A stretch of 64,000 nucleotides of DNA from Eledone cirrhosa (lineage: Eukaryota), in contig OZ024740.1 of assembly GCA_964016885.1 (NCBI GenBank), forward strand, positions 246,450,001 to 246,514,000. Reading direction: 5' to 3'. Within the stretch, counting starts at the first letter, position 1. Each line of letters starts with the position of its first letter. The notes below the pieces were generated by a model, which saw only the letters and a list, made by a program, of their open reading frames with translations, had not been told where the DNA came from and searched no databases. Made by a program: the position numbers and the translations under genes. Of the stretch, positions 26,559 through 38,979 are shown piece by piece.

Positions 26559-28891
26559 CAGTCAACGTGATCAGTCGCATATTTTGGCGTGGGAGACTAT
26601 TTATTAAATTTAAGATGAATACTATCTCCGACAGTAATGCCACACTACAGTCATGTTGAATAACTGGTTATTCTTCTAACTATATCTTCTGAAGACACCT
26701 TTTATTCGAATTCGTAGAGATATCCGACTAAATACATAATTCATTTTACAAGGATTTGCTACAAACAGCATGGCTGAACACAACATCAACAACAAAATTA
26801 AGGAAGTACCGAAGACAAATAACAAGGAAGGTAAACAAACTTTATTCAGTTGTAGCTACAGAAGAAACCGAAATTATAAATCGCATTTCTCTTGGAGTTG
26901 CGAACTTAATAATTGTTTCTACTTTAGGCACAATGCCAGCAATTACCAGTGCATTACTGGTACTTTATTTTATCGACCCCGTAAGGATGAAAGGCAAAGT
27001 CAACCTCAGCGGGATTTGAACTCAGATGGTAAAGGGACGTAACTATGCTGGAAAGCATGGCGTCCGACCCTCTACCGATACTGCCAATCCACCGCGAACT
27101 TAATAATGATTTATTTAATTGTTATAAAATGGCAAAAAACAATCCCTCCATTGGCTATATGAACAGAATGAAGCTACACTGGGACAAAATACACCCAGAG
27201 CTAAATTATTTCACAGCAAAACAATTACGCCAACAAGCGACGTTTGTTGAACGTAAAAATAAGATAAATATTATTAATTGTAAGCCCCCCACAACAAACA
27301 TATTATCAACAACACGTGCTACAGGTCGCCATGCTACTAGACTTCCTAGCAGCCAGGTCGAACTGTGCCTTGAAACAACTATGCCTGTAAGAAACTTGAC
27401 ACCACCTGTACCATCTAAGTTTACCTCGAATGCTGGGGAAAACACTATCGATAATAATAATAATCGAAGAAATAATAATAATAATCGAAGAAATTTGACA
27501 CCACGTGTACCATCCGAGTCTACCTCAACTGCTGTGGCAAATACTATCGATAATGATAATAATCAAAAGTATAACCAATTGAAACTTTTCCCCAACGAAA
27601 TCTTCCAGAGAGAAATTAATTAATGTATAAATATCTCTCTTGCTGAACGTGTTAAAACGACAATGTTTAATAAAAAAACAAATAATGAAATACTACGTGT
27701 TAATGACGAAATAGAGGATGAATATTTACGACAGATAAAAACCCCAACATTTTGGCAAATCAAAGTCTGTTTATATGCCTTAGCAACGACAGTGAAGCAT
27801 TATCTTGGTGATAGCAGAGATATTAACAAGAACAGAACACCACCAAAAATACCATCATATATAACTAAAATAGAAAAAAAGATTGCTGACCTACGAAAAA
27901 ACATAGGATATGTGACAATGCTCCTTACATGCAAACAAACACAAAAAAACCTCACTCACCAACAAAGAGTGAAAAATAAAATAGAGACGATGTTTGGTAA
28001 CAGTAGAACCAGAACTCTCCAATATAAGCTGATCATCCTCAAACAAGAATTGAGAGCTGTTAGCGAAAAACGCCGATACCCGAAGAAGGTAGATGAGAGA
28101 AAACTGCTTAATAAAAGATTCAGACGAAACCAAACATCAGTCTATAGAGATATGAAGGGCAAAATAATAAGTGTCACTGAGGCCCCATCCCAGAAAGACA
28201 TAGATTCCTTTTGGAGCAAAATATGGGGTGAAAAGAAGAAATCCGAAAGAACTATTGCTCCTACACTACAACAAAAACATACGAAATAAGTGAGGGTACC
28301 CTTGTGACTGTGATAGGAAAACTCCAAGATAAGAAAACAACAGGAAGAGACATGATTGTCGGCTACTGGTACAAAAAACTGATATTCTATCGGAGGTATC
28401 TTACTGACCTCTACCAACAAGTTCTTAAGGGAGATACACTTATACCAGAATGGTTGACATTAGCACAAACATTACTGGTCCCCAAGAACACAGACACCCA
28501 CTTGGCAAAAAACTACCGACCCATTGCATGCCAGAACCTGATGTATAAGATGTATACAGCCTGCCTGAACCTATTCCTCCAAGATCACAGTGAAAATAAT
28601 AACATCATCACAGATGTACAAGCAGCTGGAAAGAAAGGGGTTTGGGGATGTGCTGAACAACTCCTAATCAACAAAACTGCGATGTCGGACGTGCGACAGC
28701 TTAGGAGGAATATGGCTACAGTCTGGCTGGACTACAGGAAAGTTTTCGATTCTCTTCCCCACTCTCGGATGATAGAGACCCTCCGACTTGCTAAAGTCCC
28801 AGACATTATTATCAGAGCCATAGAGAAACTGTCTTCTTCTTGGGCTACTATCCTAAGGTTAAAGACAGAGAGGGAGGACTCTATTTTCACT
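26559..28891 (+). mobile_element. Second copy of the R4-like family: 5' UTR, N-terminus and first half of RT
   Basis: Reverse-complement paralogue of about 13865-16125; ORFs 27045-27623, 27663-28289, 28304-28975. Confidence 0.9.
26914..27093 (-). mobile_element. SINE family 1, full length, inside the R4-like copy
   Basis: TSD GCGAACTTAATAAT at 26900-13 / 27094-107; empty site visible in the paralogue near 15770-15790. Confidence 0.92.
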
Positions 28892-29444
28892 GTGCTTATA
28901 TCCCGGTTTCATGGCGTGCCAAAATATACACGTACACACATATATTCATCTTATTCAAATATATTTGACTTGTAAATGTCTTTATATCTAGCTAGTCTAG
29001 CGAAATAACCTTGCCCAGCGACTTAAAAAAAATATACTATACTAAATATAACTCCATAACATACCTAAGACATAAATGGAAATGTGTATGTGTGGACAAG
29101 CAATTCAGAGATCCGAATAGTTAAAAAAAGGTTCGCTTCGCAATCATTAGGTCCTGGGTTCGATTCGAATGTTTGGCATCTTGGGCAAGTATTATATATC
29201 TAAAACTTCGAGTCGACTCATCCCATAGGTGTAAATTGGGTAGATGGAAACTGTTTGGAAGCCAGTCAGACTAACTGTAATTTAAAGGGCCTGTCTTGTT
29301 ACATAATGTGTTAGGCTGGATCTCCCTGAGAATTTCGTTAAGAGTACACATGTCTGTAGAATGCTCAGTTTATATAAAAATATGAGTAGGCAGTTCGGTT
29401 CATCGAACAACTAGCGTGATCATTGTAGAAACCATTTCACATCA

Positions 29445-29870
29445 TCAAGCTTTCCGTATTTCGATTGTGCTGTATGGGGGTGAAGCGTGGGCTGTCTACA
29501 AGACGCAAATCAAAAGCTTTCCACATTCACTGTAGCAGCGTATCCTTGTATTGAAATTTTCAGGCGTGCACAATTCTGAAGCATTGATCACGAAACGCAT
29601 CCTCCGCTCAACCGGAGACGTAATCCAATGATAGTGATATGTGGTGAGCTAACAATTCTCATCAACACTATGGTCCTAAGAAGCGTTGGAAGGACCAAAT
29701 GAAGCGCATCCCCAGTGCCTGTGCAATTCTTGCCAAAGATCTTGAATTTGTATATGATGATATTCAAAAGTTCGAAGATGAGGAAAAGGGGGTATGAGGT
29801 AGGGAGCTGCGGACGATGGTGCTGCGGTGGACGGCACAGGCGCCGGTGAGGAAGGCGCGAACAAAGGAGG
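29445..29870 (+). mobile_element. Decayed RTE-like LINE fragment
   Basis: Translates AFRISIVLYGGEAWAVYKTQIK, resembling the post-RT LLYGxExW motif. Confidence 0.5.
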
Positions 29871-30327
29871 GGGTAACTTAGACGAGTGAAATGGCGGACT
29901 AGATAAAGGTTTTCAAAGTCCTTATTTCGGCTACAAAGGCGGTGGATTCGGAGAAGTTGAGAGTTGGGAATCGAGTGTTTGATGTGGGTCGGGTGGGAGG
30001 AGGTAAAATCGAAATAGGAGAGGGAGTCGGTGCGTTTAAAGAAGGCGGAGGTGATGAGTGAGCGGACGGAGGGGTGAATGAGAACGGAGATGTCAGAGTG
30101 AACAGAAGTGGTGGAGATGGAGGTGGTGAAGTGGAGGGAGGGATGGAAGGAGAAACGGAAAGAGAGAAAGGAGTCGAGCTGTTCTCGGATGAGTGTCATG
30201 GCACCGATACAGACGTCGATATAACGAGCGTATAGTTCAGGGGTGCGACCAGTGTATTGGGAAAATATTTGGGTCTCAACGTGACCATCGAAAAGGTTGG
30301 CGTAGTCGGGACCCATTCATGTACCCA
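29871..30327 (-). mobile_element. Neptune-like PLE RT fragment
   Basis: MGPDYANLF, YARYID, FKRTDSLSYFDFTSSHP, SIPNSQLLR; paralogue of 52040-52490. Confidence 0.85.
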
Positions 30328-30453
30328 TTTTTTCTATTATATATATATATATATATGTATAATGAAGGGGTGTGGTAAGGAACCAGATGGACCATAACGC
30401 ACCAGAGTACTCAATACTTAGGGTAGTAGAGTGGGTAATAGGAAAATGTGTAA

Positions 30454-30523
30454 CCCCGACGGCAGAGCTCAAGCCGTTTCGACGGCTATTTCTGGACTAA
30501 CGGAAATAGCCGTCGAAACGGGG
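30454..30523. repeat. GC-rich hairpin repeat, partial inverted copy at 1864-1901
   Basis: 19-bp perfect stem 30474-92 / 30503-21 with 10-nt loop. Confidence 0.75.
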
Positions 30524-30531
30524 TCTAACAT

Positions 30532-30567
<36 letters not shown>

Positions 30568-30853
30568 TACTAAAACTCTGTGATTGTTTACTTGCTTGTC
30601 TGTAATTTAATACATCCAAAAGGGCGCATAATGGGACAATACTTTGATATGAAGTCGACCCTGAAATGGGAATACAAATGGAATAAAACAAGTTTCGCGT
30701 AAATCAGCGCACGGGCTTCCGAGATATGGGTTTTTTTTCGGGTACCTTAATAAATAGAGAGAGAGAATGATAGAGAGAAAGTGACAATGGTTGTGAGAGA
30801 TTAGATTAAAAGAGGGAGAGAGAGAGAGGGGGGGGGAGAAGGAGACAGAGAAG

Positions 30854-30888
<35 letters not shown>

Positions 30889-31002
30889 CTGATGGTGTTG
30901 TTGAGTGAAATTATAACCGGTGACTTCAAAGAAACGAGTATAGCATTACTGTGTCCTGCTAAATAGAAAGGGTTTCTAAGAGTGTGTGTTTATATGTGTG
31001 TT

Positions 31003-31095
<93 letters not shown>

Positions 31096-31161
31096 GTGAC
31101 CGGTGTTTATAGGTCACAGACACCCGCATATATAAATATTTATACATATATATATATGTAT

Positions 31162-31200
<39 letters not shown>

Positions 31201-31229
31201 TATATATATATATGGGCCCTCCAATTTCA

Positions 31230-33690
31230 TTTTACATAATGAGAGTGGAGAATTTGAGCCTTCTCGAATATAATGTTTAACCAGAGTTCAGTGTCTAATA
31301 CTGGTAGTCTATTGTTAGGGTGTTTGGAAGGGTAGTCAATAGTTACTGTTATGCTCTGGTGTATGGTGTCAGCTATCTGCTGGGTGCTCTCCATTGTGTT
31401 TTTTTCTACTTCAGGTTTATTGGTTCTCTCTTGTGGGGGTGTTCTTATTAATATATTAATATCGTCTACGTAATGAGAGTACATGACGAGGGCTATGGAG
31501 TTCTCTTCTAGAAGTTCTCTGAGTCTTCTCTCCCACCATACCATAAATAGATTGCCAACATCACCAACTATGCTGACGCCAATGGCTGCTCCCTCATTCT
31601 AGGTGTAGATTTTCTCATTAAATTTAAACACATGGCCCTTTAGGATAGTTTTAATACTAGCCCCTACTGCATGTGCGAGCACTTTTTCTCACCTCATCGT
31701 TGTTCTTATGTGTCCGTATGGCTTTGGTCCATCCATTCCATCTTTCCATGGGAGTCGTTTAGCCATTGAGATTATGGTGGGGGGGAGGTCTAACCTCTTA
31801 TTTGCCTACTGGAGCAGAAACTGGTCATAATTATTTTAGTATTCATTGTCATATGTAAGTCTAAGTAGGAGGGCCAGTTCATCTGTGTCAACGTTGCATA
31901 ACTCTACCTCACTCTCACTGATTATTTCCGCACATTTTTCCACAGCAAAATCAATGTCAATGGATGGGTACAGTGATACTACATCCATACTACCTATTAT
32001 ACAGTTTGTTAAGTTTGTCTTCGTTGTTGTTGCATTCATTGATTCTGCTGAGGAGGTCCTCTGTGCTGTCGCATATATCTGGGGACATCTTAATTATGGG
32101 GCGTATAATCATAGAGAGGAAGTAGGAGATCCTGTAGTTACTGGCAATATTGGCTCCGCATACAGGCCTTGTTAGTGGTCCTGTCGTATGGTTGTTAGTT
32201 GTCTTATGGTCTTTGCGGAGTCCATACTAAGGGTGGTATGTCATTTTTAGAGGCTTGGAAGTTATTGGCTGTGCGTCTACTTGGTTTTAGGATGTCGTTC
32301 CATATCATCATGTGAGCATTGAGGATCTTTGCTCTTTCCTCATGTGTTTGTGGTGTTGTTTCGCTCCTGTTGATGATGTGGGGTTGCATAGCTTCAATGT
32401 AGTTTGGCATGCTGTCTATTGACATCCTACCGGATTTGTCAGTAGGTAGGCAAACTACCTCACCGTCCCTTGTGCGCTGCATGAGGCTAAGTAGGCCTTC
32501 TGCAGCTTTTCTTCCAAGTTGTTGAATCTCAGGTCTGTTTTGTCTTCTAGTGTATTGTTCTACTACCTGTCTAAGTTTATTTCTAGCTATGGTAAACTGT
32601 GCCTCTGTTTGGTGGTCTATTTGTTGTGGTATACAAACTCTTTTATTAAAGAGTAATTTAGTGGGGTGAATTTGTTCATCTTCTATGTTTTGTCAGCTGG
32701 GATGGAAAAAGGTTTTCTAAGGTGTTGTCATTAAATTTACCGTTATAGTTGTGTGTACTACTATTATTGTTATTATAGTTATTGTTGTTTTCCCTACTGT
32801 TAACGTTGTTTTTGTTATTTCTGTTATGGTTGTTACATGTATTGTTATTATGTCTATTGTTATTGTTGTTGTTCTCTCTATTGTTATCGTTGTTGTTACT
32901 GCTATTTCTATTATTGTGCTTGTTACATGTATTGTTGTTACGTTTATTTCTGTTATTATAGTTATTATAACACAATGGAGAGCATCCAGCAGATAGCTAA
33001 CTCCATACACCAGAGCAGCACAGTAACTATTGACTACCCTTCCAAACACCCTAACAATAGACTACCAGTATTAGACACTGAACTCTGGTTAAACACTATA
33101 AACGAGATGGCCTAAATTCTCCACTCTCATTATACTAAACCCATGGCCTCCAAATACCTTACACTCAAAAACTCAGCTATGCCCAATAGTGCTAAGTTTA
33201 ATATTCTGATCGCAGACTCGGTAAAAGTGATGAAGAATGTGTCCAGCATGTGCGATCCAAATGAAATGGAAAGTCACGTACAACACTTCATCAATCGCAT
33301 GCAGTTCTCTGGCTACAACCAAAGAGACAGAATCAGAGTTTAGAAAGGAGCCATGAAAAAATATAAGACCCTCATAGAAATGGACATGAAAGGGATTTGC
33401 CCATTGTACAGGAGGAAATCATGGAATAGCATAGATAGGACTAAACATAAGATAGGGAAAGCCACTTCATGGTATGACAACCTGAGATACCAGAGTGTCA
33501 TGTTCGTGGATGCTACCCCAGACAAAGACCTCATAGTAATATAGTCAACATAGAAATTAAAATAATATCTAAACATAGAAATAACCCAACAGATAGACAA
33601 ATGAGAGAATCAACTGAAATAGAACTAAAAAACCATTATAAGACAATGGCGAGCATCCAGCAGATAGCTAACTCCATACACCAGAGATTA
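31230..33690. mobile_element. Decayed PLE of the 7594-10365 family with an internal inversion (minus 32970 to 31230; plus 32970-33560)
   Basis: DGEVVCLPTDKSGR, GSMDVVSLYPSI, YSHYVDD, LPVLD; 31230-31400 mirrored at 32970-33140. Confidence 0.85.
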
Positions 33691-33698
33691 ACAGTATG

Positions 33699-33839
<141 letters not shown>

Positions 33840-34543
33840 ACTAGAAATTGATTGACATACATATATATCTAAAATAAACATATGAAACAATCACAGGGAA
33901 TAATTTGTAAAAGTGTGTAAGCACACATAGCTAGGTGCTAGGTATTTAACTAATTAAAGTTTCACTAGAACTTTAAATATAGATACCTTATAAATTGATT
34001 AATCTACCTTGTATATATTTCATTAAAGAAATATATTTCATCAACAATCGATCGGAAACCACAGTAGCCAAATCCAGGATTTTCAACAAGGGAGAAGATT
34101 TAACTATCTGTGTAAAAATACACACATCGTACCAGCTTCATCCCAGTGGCGTGAATAGGGTTATCGACAACTAGAAATAGCAGCCGAGTCCTTTCAAATG
34201 AGTTAGCTCTACAATTAAGGGGCCGTATATATATCCAAAATTAAATTAAGGGTGTCGTCAGAGAGACATGCGCCATATCCACTGTAGAATATGCTCCAAG
34301 ATTCCAATGAATAGATCCGAGCATTTTATATCAACTAGAAATTGATTGACGTATATATGCGTGTATTTTTTTAAAATGCAACACGTGGTGCTAGTCATTC
34401 GCAGATTTGAATTTGCTGTGTAAACACAGATAGTTAAATCTTCTCCCTTGTTGAAAATCCGTGATTTGGCTACTGTGGTTTACCGATCGATTGATGGTGA
34501 AATATATTTCTTTAATGAAATATATACAAGGAAGATTAATCAA

Positions 34544-34595
<52 letters not shown>

Positions 34596-35099
34596 CACAC
34601 ACATATATATATATATGAAATTATGCAACTAACTCAGTGGTTATCGTCAGAATAGTAATAATTATTATATAATTTTATGAGAAATATGCGGTGTAAAGCT
34701 ATATTAGCATTGATTCACATATACATACATTCTTAAATGCTGACACACAAACACACACACACTCCCGCAGGAGTGTATAACAAGGAACGCAAGACCTATA
34801 AAATAAATGCTTCTGGCAGCATAACTTAGCACGTTTACCTTTTTCGGACCCGTTCCTTGTTATAGACCTCCGAAGTTGAGATTTTCTCTCAAAATATCAG
34901 GATAGATAAATAAATAAGGTAACACATAATATCCCTTGTCGTTCTTGAAGGAAACATACTTGAATTTATTACCGAAAACCCAGTCTATCATACCACCGAC
35001 TCCTTTTTTAAAACTAAATCCAGGTCCAAACTAGTGTAAAGGTTGGAAAAATCATATATGTGCATTATTTTTATCGTCTTTAATCTACCGATATATATA

Positions 35100-35230
35100 C
35101 AAGTGTCGAGGTCAGCGAGGAGAGATGCATGTCTGTAGCAAGGAACGCTACGAAATGTGTAGAGGAGCTTCGGCATAGCGAAGCAGTTCCTCAACAGGAA
35201 CAGGGCTGGATGGGCGTCAATCATGCCCAA
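35100..35230 (-). mobile_element. CRE-like non-LTR fragment fused to a possible PLE RT fragment (about 34870-35095)
   Basis: DAHPALFLLRNCFAMPKLLYTFRSVPC, followed by IYDFSNLYTSL. Confidence 0.55.
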
Positions 35231-35566
35231 ATATCCAGTTTTCTACGCAAATGGATGGGATATTCTAGCCGCATTGAAACGCCCGTAGCGATGTAAAAAT
35301 AAATAATAATAATAATATCATTGTTTTCGTAAATTTTGAATTGTAAATGCTCTGCTACCGGAACTGACCTTTATTTCTTTTCGCTCCTGAAGAACAAAGG
35401 GCTGAAAAAAGGACATCGAGCTTATCTCATCTTATCAATGAAAATAGTGAAGTATTACACTATAAACTCATATATATATATATATATATATGACCAAAGA
35501 TTAATATGGTTCGTTAATTACTCAACGAATACAGTTTTACAATAGATTAGAAGCACTCAACAAACT

Positions 35567-35943
35567 GTTTTCCTGGAGTTTTTATTATTCAAAATGTTAA
35601 CAAATGAAAAATATTCGCATAATCAAAATATATACTTTAATATATATATTTCAAAGGTACTGTGCTGTTTTTTCATTACGTCCTCATCAGACAAAATATA
35701 TGATTTGATATATGACATACCGCTACGGTCTTGATTATTCAATTCCCGTATTGACTGCCAATACGGGAATTGAATAATCAAGACCGTAGCGGTATGTCAT
35801 ATATCAAATCATATATTTTGTCTGATGAGGACGTAATGAAAAAACAGCACAGTACCTTTGAAATATATATAATAAAGTATATATTTTGATTATGCGAATA
35901 TTTTTCATTTGTTAACATTTTGAATAATAAAAACTCCAGGAAA

Positions 35944-35945
<2 letters not shown>
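35567..35945. repeat. 379-bp near-perfect palindrome (187-bp arms, 5-nt loop)
   Basis: 35567-35753 is the reverse complement of 35759-35945, with about one mismatch; loop ACTGC. Confidence 0.93.
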
Positions 35946-35999
<54 letters not shown>

Positions 36000-36223
36000 T
36001 ATATATATAAATATATATTGTTATACTTGGGGAGGGTCATATTTGTGTAATATTGCCAGAATTAATAACAGAACACACTCACTGTTTGGTTGGTTTTCGC
36101 TTTTCGCTTCTGTGTCTTTTATATCGGTAATCTAATTTATTCGGTCCTCAATGTTGCCATTGACTGACCGACGGTGAAATATAATACAGATACAATATAG
36201 ACACAAACACATATATATAGTTT

Positions 36224-36265
36224 ATCATAAATCTTTCGTTGCACATCTGCAACATCGTCAGTGGT
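36224..36265 (-). ncRNA. Minimal type I hammerhead ribozyme
   Basis: ACCA-CTGACGA-T-GTTGCA[GATG]TGCAAC-GAAA-GATT-TA-TGAT; stem I has one mismatch. Confidence 0.75.
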
Positions 36266-37347
36266 GCTATTGTTTCCTCCCGTTACATTGTATGTCTACG
36301 CCATTTTTATTTAGTCTGTCTATATATTTATTTATTTATTTGCTTGTTTGTTTATTTTATTTTGTCTTCTTTGCGCATGCGTTTGCGTGTGTGTATAGTG
36401 TTTTGTTTGATGTGTGATGGGTGATTAGTGTGTGTTTATATGTGTTTGTTGTTATTGTGCTTGTGTATGTATTTATTTATTTATTTATCTATTTATTTAT
36501 TTATTTATTTATACTTCTCTTAGGTCAGTGTTGTTTGATTGGGTGTTGTTGTTATTCCATTCATTCTTTCTGTTTAGTCTTGGCCTTCTAAGTTCTATTT
36601 CACTGGCCTCTCTGATTTGCCTATCTGCTGGGTTATTTCTATGTTTAGATATTATTCTAATTTCTATGTTGTCTATGTTACCGTCGTGTTGTTGTCTGGC
36701 ATGTTCGTATAGTACTGACCCGTTTTTTCGTCCTTTTAGCCCCCCCCCCCCCCAAGTGTTGGTCTATCCTTTCACCTATGCTACGAGCTGTCTCACCTAT
36801 GTATGTTGTTGTCATGTTTCTGCAAGTACCCTCTGTACATCTTATGCTATAGACTACGTTTCTAGTTTTACAGTTTATCCGGGGGTTTACCTTACATATG
36901 ATACATTTCCTATTAGTACAGTGGGTTTTCTTGAGGATTTTCTCTCTCCCATCATGTGTTTGTTGTACAATTTCGCTCGTGTTGGTGATGTGGGGTTGCA
37001 TAGCCTTGATGTAGTTCGGCATGCTATCTATTGACATCCTACCAGACTTATCCGTGGGTAGACATACTACGTCACCATCCCTTGTGCGCTGCTTGAGGCT
37101 AACCAAGCCTTCTACAGGTTTCCTCCCAAGTTGTTGGGTCTCTGGTCTGCTCTGTCTCTTAGTATACCGGTCTACTATTTGTCTAATCTTATTTCTAGCT
37201 ATGGTGAACTGTGCCTCTGTCTCGTCATCTATACAATGATCAGGTAAGAAAAACAAAATAAACAAACAAGCAAATAAATAAATAAATATATAGACAGACT
37301 AAATAAAAATGGCGTAGACATACAATGTAACGGGAGGAAACAATAGC

Positions 37348-37389
37348 ACCACTGATGATGTTGCAGATGTGCAACGAAAGATTTATGAT
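37348..37389 (+). ncRNA. Minimal type I hammerhead ribozyme (mirror copy)
   Basis: ACCA-CTGATGA-T-GTTGCA[GATG]TGCAAC-GAAA-GATT-TA-TGAT. Confidence 0.75.
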
Positions 37390-37652
37390 AAACTATATAT
37401 ATGTGTTTATGTCTATATTGTATCTGTATTATTTTTGACCGTTGGTCAGTCAATGGCAACATTGAGGACCCAATAAATTAGATTACCGATATAAAAGACA
37501 CAGAAGCGAAAAGCGAAAACCAACCAAACAGTGAGTGTGTTCTGTTATTAATTCTGGCAATATTACACAAATATGACCCTCCCCAAGTATAACAATATTT
37601 GTTTCGACGCACGATTTCATATAAAAAACCTCGCAAAACTAATTCATCGCCG

Positions 37653-37706
<54 letters not shown>

Positions 37707-37717
37707 ATATATATATG

Positions 37718-38261
37718 TACGGGTCGTTGGCGACTAAACTGGCAACCCCACCAAGGTTTCTTGGTGAGGAGGGTGACTTTGGACATCCTGCAGGACTAAA
37801 AACAAAACCTGTCAAAGGGCAAAGGAGCTCTTAAGAGTCAATGACCATCCAAAATCACCGGGAGAGATGACCCCTTAGCCTTTGTCAAGGCAGAATTCTA
37901 GGAGGAGGAAAACTCTGATATAACACCTGCAACCCTGATGGTATCCAATGATGTTGATATTCTTTTTGGTACATATCATCTTGGTTAAGAGAGTGGGACT
38001 GGCTTTGTGCAGTGCCTTTGCTCACTATAAAAGCTTCACGGCACAGGCATTGCTTTATATCTGGAGATCTCTCTGCACTTGTCGTTACATGGTACCATGG
38101 GCCCAGCACTATGTTTCAATAATTGTCACAAGTGTAGTGTTTGTACCAGAGTTTTCAAGTCGCTGGTTGGACTAAAAAGTCAAACTCGTTCAGCGCATCG
38201 GTAGGGGTTCTCCTACATGGATATAAAGTAGTGGCCGTACTCGAAAACGAGTTGGCAGCCA

Positions 38262-38263
<2 letters not shown>
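37718..38263 (+). mobile_element. ~545-bp RTE-derived non-autonomous element
   Basis: Structured 5' part joined to an RTE-like zinc-finger 3' end; paralogue at 5036-5409; flanked by (TA)n. Confidence 0.6.
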
Positions 38264-38325
<62 letters not shown>

Positions 38326-38335
38326 ATTTGTGTGT

Positions 38336-38434
<99 letters not shown>

Positions 38435-38979
38435 TCTGCGTCGGCTGCATGTATACGTGTGTATGTGTGTGAAATCAATTACTTCAGTGTTGAACGTCCT
38501 TTGCACTAACCCCTGTGTTTGTATGTTGAACATCCGCTGCAAAGAGACCAGCATGTCAGCAACCTATTTACAAATTCAATCCTAAAAGCATCACCACCCA
38601 AACTCTACACCACCATTATAGCCTCACTTCACTTCCCCATACCACCAGTTCCAATTCCACTACCACAAATATAACTACCAGCACCACCATCTACTTGGAT
38701 TGGTAAACGTTTGTATTTACAAAGCTTCTATTTACAAAGTACTCAATACATACTTTAGAGTACGTATATTTTATCATCGTTCGCCTGATTGTTGTCGATT
38801 GTTCAAATGATTGAAGAAGGAAAACAACTTGTCAATATATAAGTAAAAATATTAACGTATCGAAATATGATTTGTCATCGAGATTTAATTTAAGCATGGA
38901 TCTGAGATAGGGGTAAAAAAAAAGGCATTATTGAATTATAACGAATTGAGCGAAGATCGAGAATTACTAGAGGAAAGGA

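Larger units (their letters stand above)
36015..37650. mobile_element. Internally deleted PLE (same family as 7594-10365) with ~350-bp inverted pLTRs
   Basis: 36015-36365 mirrors 37248-37598; ORF 36678-37265 fuses N-terminal PTDKSGR directly to Cys linker and YIGETARS, with RT absent. Confidence 0.85.

Noticed and set aside
32676-33115. Asn-, Thr- or Cys/Tyr-rich ORFs
   Set aside because: They come from degenerate (AAC/AAT)n repeats inside the PLE, read in several frames.
37718-37870. HDV-like ribozyme at the 5' end of the RTE derivative
   Set aside because: Hairpins are present, but I could not build the nested double pseudoknot by eye, so it is left as a test rather than a call.
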